A DNA stretch of 64,000 nucleotides from positions 9,610,001-9,674,000 of the forward strand of contig NC_092680.1 in NCBI RefSeq assembly GCF_964355755.1. Reading direction: 5' to 3'. This DNA is from Antedon mediterranea (lineage: Eukaryota > Animalia > Echinodermata). The notes under the pieces were generated by a model. The model searched no databases, was not told the DNA's origin, and was given only the letters and a program-made list of their open reading frames with translations. The translations under genes and the position numbers were made by a program. Position 1 is the first letter of the stretch. The number at the start of each line of letters is the position of its first letter. This document shows, piece after piece, positions 1-10,668 of the stretch.

Positions 1-1488
1 TCCAGATTACAACAAAACCAAAACCGGACCTAATAACAACATAGATGCCAATAATGAACCTTTAGTCACTCAAACTCATAATAATAATAACACCGCAGTC
101 AGTCAACATGGTCCATGTCCGGAAAATATGCAACCGAGTGCTAGCCCTGAAAATACGCTCCATAGTTTTGATCATGTAGATGAAAACCCAGCAACCATGA
201 AAACGGGACATAGTAGTGAATCTGTAGCTCTTCGAACGATACCGGTATTTGTATGTAAAGGTCAGAAGAGAATTAAAATAAACGCTCTCCTTGATGAGGC
301 AAACAGCAAGAGCTATTTAAATGCGGACATTGCAGCAGAATTAGGACTCGAAGGTCGCACGGAACGGGTGAGAGTTAATGTTTTAAATAGAGTACAAGAA
401 ACACTGGAAAGTTCTTTAGTTGAGTTGGGAATCGGCAGTCTTGATGGTAAAATAATGAAACAGATATCAGCATATACAACAGAGAAAGTTACTGGAAATA
501 TGCATGCAGTTGGACCATCAAAAAACAGCAATGGAGCAATCTGAAAAAATATTCCGTTCCCAAGAAGAGCAGAAAAAAAAAGTTCACGTTGACTTACTAA
601 TAGGAGCTGACCAGGCCGAACTTATGTACTCAATACAAGACGTAAAAGGAAATCCAGGAGAACCGATAGCTAGGTTAAACCCACTTGGATGGACATGTAT
701 CGGCAATCTGGGTAGTACACCAACAGAAATTCAAACAAACTTTACATTCGTCAGCAAGCCAAGTGACGAAATAACGAAGTTAATACATCAATACTGGGAT
801 ATACCAAACATACCAGAAAATAGTCACACTATCAATCAAGACGAAAAAACAACCATGGAGAGGACTGAAAAATCACTGTCTTACCAAGATGGCAGATATA
901 GCATAGTTATCCCATGGAAGAGTGAAATCAAAACTCAGCAAATTCCAGACACCTATCCCGTAGCAGAACAACGTCTTCGGAACACAGAAAAAAGGTTACT
1001 AAGATCACCCCTGCTGGCCAAATCATATGATGAAATAATTCAAAAACATCAGGAAAAGGGGTATATCCGTAAAGTGCCGCCAGAAGAAGAGAAAAAACCC
1101 AACAACGTATGGTATCTGCCTCACTTTCCCATTATACGTTCAGAGAAACAGACTACAAAGATCAGAATCGTATTCGACGCTGCAGCTCAAACTCCAGGTA
1201 AATGTTTGAATGACTACATCTTTACCGGCCCAAAACTCCAGAATGATTTGATAAATGTACTACTAAGATTCCGCCGGAATCCAGTAGCTATTATTCAATT
1301 CAATTCATCGACATTTTTATTCCATAATCAAAATAAAAACATATACAAATACAATACAAATAATAAGATAATGGAATGGGATACAAAATAAGCACAAGTG
1401 CTTTAAGCATGTAACCCTAACAAAAAGATCAAACAATTAGAACAAACAAAAAGAACAAACCAAAATAACATAATGTGATTTACTTAAC

Positions 1489-4455
1489 TTAAATATTTCT
1501 ATTGTTATAATATTGCTTTAATCTCTGTTTAAACAAACTTAAAGTGGGGGATTGTTTTATATAGTCTGTTAAATTGTTCCAAATATGTGTTCCTTGGTAG
1601 GAAATACATTGCTGTCCGACTTTGGTGCGTTTTAGTTGTGGACAGTAGTTTGACCTGTTTCTAGTTGAGTAATTATGGAATGAGGCAGATGTACTAAATA
1701 AGTTATTAAATGATTCAGGTAATAGATTATGTTTATATTGATACATAAATATAGCAGTGTGTTTCGTATAAAGGTCAAAAATATTTAATGTTTGGGTTGA
1801 AATAAAAAGTGGATGAGAAGGATGCATAAAATGAACATGACAAATATTTCTAAGTGCTTTTTTCTGGAGAATATGTATACGGTTTAAGTTTGTAGCAGAA
1901 GTAGCACCCCATACTGTGATAGCATACGTTATTCTAGGTAATATAAGTGCATTGTATACCGTTAACAAGATTTTACTTGATAACATAGACTTCACTTTGT
2001 TTAAGACACCAATTATTCTAGAAATACTGTTTGCTACCTCATTTACATGAAAATTAAACGATAAAGTTTCATCCAGAAATAAGCCTAGAAATTTAACTTC
2101 AGTAGCTTTTACTATACATTCATTTCCCATCCTCAATTCTAGTGAGGTAGTGTCAGCTGACTTATTTCTAGCCTTAAATATAACATATTTTGATTTGTTT
2201 ACATTTAGCGTTAATTTGTTAGCAATAAACCAGTCCGAAAGTATAGATAACTCCTGGTTCATTGTATCAAAAGCTTGAGTAATATCATTGTGACTATAAA
2301 ACACATTTGTGTCATCTGCATACATAATCATGTCTACATGGTTACATGCTAGACTAATATCATTAATGAATATAAGAAATAATAATGGACCCAATATGGA
2401 TCCCTGAGAAACTCCAGTGTTTACTGTCATTTTACTAGATGCAGTATTAACAATAAATGTGTATTGTAGTCTTTTTTTAAGATAGTTTGAGAACCAGTTT
2501 AGCGGAACTCCTCTTATACCATAAAATCTTAACGTATCTAATAATATATCATGATCGATTGTATCAAACGCTTTTGATAAATCAAGGAAAACTCCTAGTG
2601 TGAACTCTTTATTCTCAATAGCGTTTGTGATTTTTTCAATCGATTGTATTAAAGCATGACTAGTTGAATGGTGTTGTCTAAATCCATACTGTGTTTTACT
2701 CAGTACGTTATATTTTGAGAGGTAACAAATCGTTTGATCATACACAATCCTCTCAAATATTTTGGAAAAAAAGGGTAAAATGGAAATAGGCCGATAATTA
2801 TTTATATCGGAGATGTCACCATTCTTAAATACCGGGATAACTTTAGCAATTTTTATATCAGCCGGGACACAGCCCGATGATAATGACGTATTAATAATAT
2901 GCAATAAAGGTTTTAAAATAAACGGGGAAGCAGATTTTATGAGTTGGGCACTTATACCATCATGGCCAGGAGAAGTATTCTTTGTGTTTTTAATATAGTG
3001 GTTAAGTTCATGTTCAGTAACAGGCTTAAAAAACATTGAAGAGGTAAAATTTCCCTTTAAGAAAGTTCTGTGGGTGATTTCTTCATTTTGAGATTCATGC
3101 CTAAATTTATTATTTAGTTTTTCTCCAATATTAATAAAAAAAGAGTTGAATGCATCAGCTTTCTCATCATTATCAGAGAAAGTCTCAGTACCCAATTTTA
3201 TTTTTCTAGGCAAATTGGTAGTCTTTTTCCTACCCATTATATCATTTAGGATTGTCCACGTTTTTTTAATATCTTGTTTATTTCGTTCAAACTGGACCAT
3301 ATAATATTCTTTTTTCCGATTTCTAATAGTAGTGGTTAACTTGTTTCTAAAATGTATGTACGTACTTTTATTAGTAGTGGTGTTATTTTGTTTGTACTTT
3401 TTATATAATTTATGTTTTTGAGAGATAGCTCTGGCAATTTCAGCTGTGATCCAAGGAGATTTTAACTTGTTCGCCTTATTTCTAATTCGTTTTAAAGGGA
3501 AACAATTATCAATTGTTTTATTTAAAGTGTTTGTAAAATTTTGATAAGCAACATTCGCATTATTTGAGAATAGCACATCATTCCACTGATTACTTTGTAA
3601 TTCTTGCAAAAAATACTCCGTTTGTTGAGGAGAGTATTGTCGTTTATATACAAATCGAGGATATTGCTTATTATGTTTTTCCAAAGTATCTACACAGAAT
3701 ATTGGGAAGTGATCAGAAATATCAGTAATAAGTATTCCACTTTTAAGGGACGTAGTAAAAGAATCGATGTTGCAATAAATGTTATCAATTATTGAAGCAC
3801 AATTATCGGATATTCTAGTAGGACTTTTTATGATTGGCTGAAATGACTGAGAAAATATTGTGTCTAAGTGTGATTGGATAGTGTTGTCGGTAGATTGTTG
3901 GAGTAAGTTTATGTTATAGTCTCCCACAAGGTAAGCTTTCTTTTTTTCTAGATTAATCATTTGCATTACACATGTTAATTCATCATCAAACTTTTGCAAG
4001 GAACGTGAGGGTGGTCTATAAACTATACCACAAATAACATTATTTCCTGATTCTAACTCAATCTCAATAAAAATAGTCTCTGCTTCAGTCATACAAGATG
4101 ACAGATCATTTCTAATAATATATGTTAGTTTGTTGGTAACATAGAACGCTACCCCACCACCTCTCTTATCTTTCCTATCATTGTGAATCAAACTGTAGCC
4201 TGGTAACTGGTATAGATTAATATTATCTTTTTCGGTTAACCAGGTTTCACTGAAGGCAATGACGGAGAAGGCATGTACGAGTGAGTCTAAATAGTTTGAG
4301 ATTAAGTCAAACTTATTAACAACACTACGACAGTTTAGTCCAAATATAGAAAAGTTTGATGATAAATTAGAATGTTCAAGTGAAGAAATTAAGTTATCTT
4401 CGTTAAAATATTCTGTGCTCACATTTACATTATCAAAAAGGTCACATTCAAACAT
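1489..4455 (-). CDS. LINE ORF2 (APE endonuclease + reverse transcriptase), intact 988 aa
   Basis: APE motifs FSETWL, GGGVAFY, YRPP, GDYNIN, SDHFPI; RT motifs NYRPISIL, QYGFR, FLDLSKAFDTI, QGSILGPLLF, YADDT; no stops. Confidence 0.96.
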   Translation of the reverse strand: MFECDLFDNVNVSTEYFNEDNLISSLEHSNLSSNFSIFGLNCRSVVNKFDLISNYLDSLVHAFSVIAFSETWLTEKDNINLYQLPGYSLIHNDRKDKRGGGVAFYVTNKLTYIIRNDLSSCMTEAETIFIEIELESGNNVICGIVYRPPSRSLQKFDDELTCVMQMINLEKKKAYLVGDYNINLLQQSTDNTIQSHLDTIFSQSFQPIIKSPTRISDNCASIIDNIYCNIDSFTTSLKSGILITDISDHFPIFCVDTLEKHNKQYPRFVYKRQYSPQQTEYFLQELQSNQWNDVLFSNNANVAYQNFTNTLNKTIDNCFPLKRIRNKANKLKSPWITAEIARAISQKHKLYKKYKQNNTTTNKSTYIHFRNKLTTTIRNRKKEYYMVQFERNKQDIKKTWTILNDIMGRKKTTNLPRKIKLGTETFSDNDEKADAFNSFFINIGEKLNNKFRHESQNEEITHRTFLKGNFTSSMFFKPVTEHELNHYIKNTKNTSPGHDGISAQLIKSASPFILKPLLHIINTSLSSGCVPADIKIAKVIPVFKNGDISDINNYRPISILPFFSKIFERIVYDQTICYLSKYNVLSKTQYGFRQHHSTSHALIQSIEKITNAIENKEFTLGVFLDLSKAFDTIDHDILLDTLRFYGIRGVPLNWFSNYLKKRLQYTFIVNTASSKMTVNTGVSQGSILGPLLFLIFINDISLACNHVDMIMYADDTNVFYSHNDITQAFDTMNQELSILSDWFIANKLTLNVNKSKYVIFKARNKSADTTSLELRMGNECIVKATEVKFLGLFLDETLSFNFHVNEVANSISRIIGVLNKVKSMLSSKILLTVYNALILPRITYAITVWGATSATNLNRIHILQKKALRNICHVHFMHPSHPLFISTQTLNIFDLYTKHTAIFMYQYKHNLLPESFNNLFSTSASFHNYSTRNRSNYCPQLKRTKVGQQCISYQGTHIWNNLTDYIKQSPTLSLFKQRLKQYYNNRNI

Positions 4456-5346
4456 TTAAATTAGACAGAAAAGGAAATGACAAATGAATAAAATTGAGCA
4501 AGCTGCTTACAGCAGAGAATAGTTAACACTATATAGCCTAAGTTAACAAGTATGTACAATAAATTACAATATATACAATGTAATATGAATTGTTTTATCA
4601 TGACATACCAACAACAACTAAACGACAGGCAGTGAAACAATAATGATGATCATGGACGCCAATTAAGTATTTGGTTAACTTAAAAGATTTTGATCAATCT
4701 AACTCACCGATGTCCAGAATGTATTATTATGGCAAGTTATCGTTACTCACTGGTAAGTCAAACATCGCCGGTAAACAGCTACGTTGAAACGGTCTAGAAC
4801 ATGATGTCTCAATAACGGCGCTCACTTATTAATCACATCAGCCACTTAATGTTGTTATAATTTGTCATTATACATCACTAGTAAAGTACGGATAGTATAA
4901 CTTAAATACATTTAGTTGTGTTGTGTTTCATTAAAACGATGTGTTTAACGTTTACGAGTTTGATCAACCCAGTAACTCATCGATGAATTACCGGTAAACA
5001 ACTACGTTGAAACTTACATCGTCAACAGCCACTTAATTGTTGTTGGTATTTCTCATTATGTAACACTATCGTCGCACACCTGCCGTGGGTCACATGAATT
5101 AAAGTTTGAATGGACAGAGATATCCAGAACATAACACTAACAGCCAGGTGCGCGACATAAACAAACAAACTTCGTTTATTTACAATTTATAACGGTAGAA
5201 ATACTACTACAATCACATAATTAGTCTACGTTCTACAAGACAATGATAGACTCTGCGGTAATGTAGGTATGAAATATAATTCATAAACATTAATTAATTG
5301 TGTTCAATTGAACATTAATTAATTTGGCTTAATGACTTAATTATAG

Positions 5347-5639
5347 TTATTTTAGTGGCTTGTATGGCTTACCGTCGATAAACAGTTGTCCATTTCTGAA
5401 TACGGGCTTACGTTTTTTGGCATATGCCTGCGCCATAATTGTAGATAATTCTCTCTTTTTCTTCATGTCCGCGTCAGGTAAATCTTCAGTAATAAATACG
5501 TTTTGTGATTTACTTTTTAATTTTACTTTTCCTAGTTTTAGGACTTGGTTTCTTTGTGGACGGTACAGAAATTTAGCTATTATATGCCTCGGTTTGTTAT
5601 CTAAACGGCGTTTCCCGGTGCGATGGCAATTTTCATTTT
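5347..5639 (-). CDS. C-terminal part of LINE ORF1 (RRM/CTD-like), no start codon because of 5' truncation
   Basis: Manual translation ENCHRTGKRRLDNKPRHIIAKFLYRPQRNQVLK...VFITEDLP...FRNGQLFIDGKPYKPLK* matches the HR.G...PR.IIAKF / I.ED / L.IDG pattern of CR1/L2/L1-type ORF1. Confidence 0.85.
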
Positions 5640-8180
5640 TATTATGTGTGAAATAACTGAAATGTACCTACAAATTCAACTTTCTACTGAAGACCGACCA
5701 TATCATCGCTTTTTGTGGAGAGAGAATGACACAGCTCGAATTCCAGATGTATATGAGTTTCAACGAGTAGTGTTTGGAGTCAATTCATCCCCATTTATGG
5801 CACAGTATGTAGTAAAAAGACATGCCCAGCGGTTTGTAACGAATTCCCGCTTGCAGCGCAAACAGTGCTCAAGAGTACATACATGGATGGCAGCATGGAT
5901 TCTACAACAAATGTAGAGACAGGAATACAACTTTATAAAGAATTATCACAGCTGTGGAAACGAGCTGGAGCGCATGCCAGAAAGTGGATATCAAACAAGA
6001 TTGAGCTACTTGAAACAATTCCACAAGATGATTGTCCTACCGAAGTTGACTTAGATAAAGGGGATCTTCCTCAGGTGAAAACTCTAGGCATTCAATTGTC
6101 ACCTAAGGAAGATTATTTTACATTCAAAGTAAATACATCAGTAGTTGAAGGAATTACGTGGACAAAAAGAGGATTGCATCATTGTTTGATCCTCTTGGAC
6201 TACTTGCACCGAACCTCATTATAGCAAAGACTTTACTTCAAGAAATATGGATAAAGGGGTATGAATGGGACGACCCCCTGTATTTAAACATTGCCAACAA
6301 AGCAGATCAGTGGTTTAAGAACCTCCAACAGCTACAAGATTTGCAAATTCCACGTTGTGTACGCTATGATCAACAAACAAAGGATGAGCAACTCCATACA
6401 TTTTGTGATGCATCTGAGAAGGCGTACGGAGCATGTGCCTACTTACTCTATACGTACATGGATGGAAGTTGTTCATTTGTTCTTGTTGCATCAAAACCTC
6501 CAGTAGCATCACTAAAAGTACTAAGCATCCCAAGACTAGAGCTGATAGCAGCAGTTGAAGGACTTCAACTAGCACAGAAGATTGGTGAAGCCCTACAAAT
6601 TGATCAACAGCAGTGGACCATGTGGTCTGATAGTAGGGACACATTGTATTGGATTAGGGGTATGAGCAGGAGGTTTAAGCCTTTTGTTGCCAATCGAGTA
6701 GGGTTAATCCAAGAAAGAACTGATCCGGCACAGTTGACATATGTACCGACAAAAGAAAATCCAGCAGACTTGCTCACAAGAGGTATACAGGTATCAGATT
6801 TAGCCCAAGAAACTAAGTGGTGGAATGGACCAAACTTTCTGTTACAAGAAAATTCAGAGTGGCCAAAATGCAAAATATACGCAAACGTAGAGAACAATTG
6901 CGAAATGAAAACTTCATTTAATGAGAAAAATCAAGAGAAATTTTTTGTTGTTGATAATCAATTTGCAAATAGTCGACTGGAACCTACGCGATATTCGTGT
7001 TGGATTAGATTGAGCAGAGTCTATGCAACCGTTATTCGAATTTTCTACAAAACTGTAAATTACCTGTTATATATCGCCAGACGGGACCCCTAACTTCGGA
7101 GGAAATTGTAGAAGCCCAATGCAGACTAGTCAGGAAAGCTCAAAGTGAGACATTTGGAGATGAAATAAAAGCTCTAAAATACAAAAAACAAATTCTCCAT
7201 GGATCCAAGTTAAATCCAATGATTGATTCAGATGGCGTATTAAGGTGTAATGGCCGGCTCCGATACAGTGAATGTATTGCCTGGGAAACTAGATACCCTA
7301 TTATCTTACCGAAGATCATCATATCAGTCAACTTATAATAAAAGATGCACATGAACAAGCATTACATTCGGGGAAAAATTATAATTCTATCCCAACTGTC
7401 AAGGAAATACTGGATTATATCGGCTCGAGAAGCAATCAGAAGCTGGGAGAAAGAATGTTATGAATGCAAAAAGAGAAACGCGAGACCAATGCAGCCAAAG
7501 ATGGCACCACTTCCGAAGTATCGATTAGGCACATCTCTCCGTGATTTTACCAACATCTCAGTTGATTTTGGTGGACCATTCATCACAATACAGGGACGAG
7601 GAAGGGCAAGAGTGAAAAGATACTTGTGCTTGTTTACAAGCCTAGAGGTACGTGCAGTACATCTAGAAGTAGCTTGGAGCCTGGACACAGATTTATTTCT
7701 CAATGAATTTTTTTTAATGGCGTCAAGAAGAGGTATGCCTTAGAGCGTTCTATCAGATAACGGAACCAACTTCGTGGGAGGAAATAATGAACTAAAAAGC
7801 TGAGAAACTTGGCTAATCATATAATCACCGACAAAACAGCAGCCCATGGAGTAAAATGGAGGTTCAATCTACCAGGAGCACCCCCATTTTAGTGGAGTGC
7901 ATGAAGTTATGATAAAAGCAGCTAAGCGGGCGATAAAAGTGATATTAGGAAACGCTGACATCACTGATGAAGAGTTAATCAGCGCCGAAATTGGAGCGGA
8001 AGGACTGATAACCTCAAGACCTCTAACATACCAATCGGCAAGTTTGCACCCGAAGCTGTAGATCGAACAGACCAGTTTGCGTTAGGCCTACATTACGGAT
8101 TTCTATAGATTTAGAAGTTGTTGGGAATAATTTTTTGTTTTTAATTGAGTTTGACATCAGTCTGTCAAGAAGGGGGAGGA

Positions 8181-8302
8181 TGTTCTGGAGATAATAAGAA
8201 TGATAGAGGGAGCCAGATATGTGGTTGCCAGGAGGAATAGGAGGTGATTTGTACTGATGTAATGTTTGAACACGTTCAAAGTTTATACGAAATAAAGTGA
8301 CA
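8181..8302 (+). repeat. Putative 3' LTR of the BEL element (short or truncated)
   Basis: Starts TGT directly after the PPT, contains AATAAA and ends ACA; no second copy in the window to confirm the boundary. Confidence 0.55.
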
Positions 8303-8309
8303 GCCTTAC

Positions 8310-8803
8310 TCGCAACCTTACGAATACGATAACGAAAACGGATACGTCATACATGTGTGGAACTTTTGAGCTGATCCCCATTTCATATTCGTAAAGCATA
8401 TTCGTGTTGACGAATATCACCAGTCATATTCGTAACTACAAAACGAGTATAGTTTTTGATCTATTTTGCACATTTTGCATTTGAATTAGGAATGATTCAT
8501 GATTATAATATAATTATAGATTTATTGAAAGTAATTTACTAAAGTAATTTACTAAAATGCCAGGTCAATTTAGATAAATATATAGCAGTTTTTAAAGTCC
8601 TCACTCGCTTCGATGTTACGCTAGGCCTAGGCAGCCAAGCACCAAGCACCACGTACCTGCGCTTCGCTCAAATTTACCGCAGTCATATTTTGGACACGCC
8701 TCGATATTTCGTTGCCATGCGAAACAGATTTTTTTATGGCTTACGAAAACGAATACGTGTGCGTGACGTATCCGTTTTCGTTATCGTATTCGTAAGATTG
8801 CGA
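8310..8803. mobile_element. MITE with ~40-bp terminal inverted repeats
   Basis: TCGCAACCTTACGAATACGATAACGAAAACGGATACGTCA at 8310 and its reverse complement (1 mismatch) ending at 8803. Confidence 0.8.
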
Positions 8804-10668
8804 AACCTCTCTAGTATCTGTGAAATTCTTCCGTATTGAATTTAATTATATGATGGTTGAGACTTCTCCATAACAGTTCATTTTATTTGTTCATACGGAA
8901 ATTCATGTGACATAGGCCTACAATTGCTCAAAATTAAAAGGTTAATACGTGAAAATTACATAGCAACAAAATTCAACGACTTAACAACGGTTATTAAAAT
9001 GTCTAATTGAGTACAGAATAAAAGAATTAAGAAAGCGTTTTGTTCTACAACGTGTAGCCCTCAAACGCCTTCCAGATCTCAACCATTGAAAATCATTATA
9101 GAGCGGATAACTATTTGTCTTTCATTATGGCAATGACCTTATCATAGATTTTGACATTACAAACATCATCAAATCTAATGATCTGTTTAGTTATTCTGCA
9201 CGCCTTATTTACTAAACACTGAACATTCTTTAGGTCTGATTTTCTAAAACTACGGAACCATGTCAGACAAACATAAACTAATTAGACACTTTCCATTACC
9301 GACTTATAAAATATACCTAATATTGTGTTAACATTAAACGAGTTTAATTTTCTTAAAAATTACAATCTAGAGTTACCCTTAGACATGATCGTTTTACAAT
9401 GTTCATCCCAATTAAGCTTGTTACCATTAAGAAGGAGATTTATGAAGAAACCACTTCGTAGCCATATATTAAAAACAAGTTTGTTGTACTTGAGTACACA
9501 GGACACGGTAACAACATACATGATCAAATAGATTAACGCAATTTTTTATTGTAGCAGGTGGGAGGCCAATATGATAATTAAAATATAAAAATTACATATT
9601 TTATTTATATTACCAACTACTTAAAATAACCGGTCGTAAGAAAGTGAACTTTTCGTAGTCCGATTGTGATGAAATTAAAACAGAATTGTTCAGCAATATA
9701 TTGTTATTGTCACCGTCGATGCATATCCTTCTATTCCCTTATCCATGACAGGACACACTTAATACTTTCGTAGAGAGAAATCAGGTAATGACATGAAATG
9801 CCCCAGATATGTATATTGTAGCATACATTTTGACACGGAACGCCTTAGAATGGTTTCAAGAGGGTTGGAAACGCTGAAAAACATACGAAACAGTATATAT
9901 CTGAACTAAAATGTGAATTTTAGTATTTTATTTAAAGTAAAGTATTCGGCATGTCTTCGGAATCAACATCTTCGGAAGCATTGGGATGTTCGGAATTATC
10001 ACCCCAAAAAAGTTCAAAATTATTTAGAGGGTTAGTTTTTAGGACGAGATTTTTTACTTATGTTTTTATCAAGACAAGTTCATAGTTGATAAAACTAAGC
10101 CGTCAGACAGATAGATGCACTATTAGACTAAATAACGATGCCACATACATGACCAATGTGAGTACAGACACTATCCCAACATTCACTTCCAACATCAAAA
10201 TCAGTAGGTACCTCTCACCACCAGAATCCTTCATTAACATCAGCACAGGAGGAACATAACACAATATTATGTGCAACATCAAAACAGCTCAAGACATGTA
10301 AACCAGTACATTGAAATCCCTTCACCAGGCAATGCCTTCAACAAGCACTGCATATTAGCCAAAGTAATTGTACCTGGTCATTTTGCTAAGACCTTCATCT
10401 TTTAATTATTGTGCATGCCGCACAACATCAGACTGACAAGACGCAACACATATCATTTATCTCTAGTTCCGAAAAACTCTGGATAATTCGGTTTTTCCTT
10501 GAGTTTCCAATTAAGATATATATTGTGATATTTACAGATGTGGTTCAATACATTGAGTACTTTAATGGGTAGTTAGCCTAAGATTTAGTTGTCATAGAAT
10601 CACAATGGTTGGTCTGAGCATTATTGTTCATTGCACTACTTAACTATTGAAATGTATTGTTGTTCTAG

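Larger units (their letters stand above)
1295..5639 (-). mobile_element. CR1/L2-group LINE, 5'-truncated within ORF1, inserted in the BEL RT
   Basis: TATTAT duplicated at 1289-1294 and 5640-5645. Short (TTGAA)n-type 3' tail on the minus strand at 1295-1307. Removing the element rejoins the BEL motif NPVAIMCEITEMY. Confidence 0.92.
1..8302 (+). mobile_element. BEL/Pao LTR retrotransposon, frameshifted, 5' part outside the window, interrupted by a LINE at 1295-5639
   Basis: ORF pieces in BEL order: degenerate aspartic protease (INALLDEANSKSY, DLLIGAD), RT (WYLPHF, KIRIVFDAA, RFRRNPVAI|MCEITEMYLQI, YMDGSMD), RNase H (LHTFCDASEKAYGA, IPRLEL, NPADLLTRG), integrase (VDFGGPF, RAVHLE, SDNGTNF). Polypurine tract AAGAAGGGGGAGGA precedes TGT at 8181. 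Confidence 0.93.
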
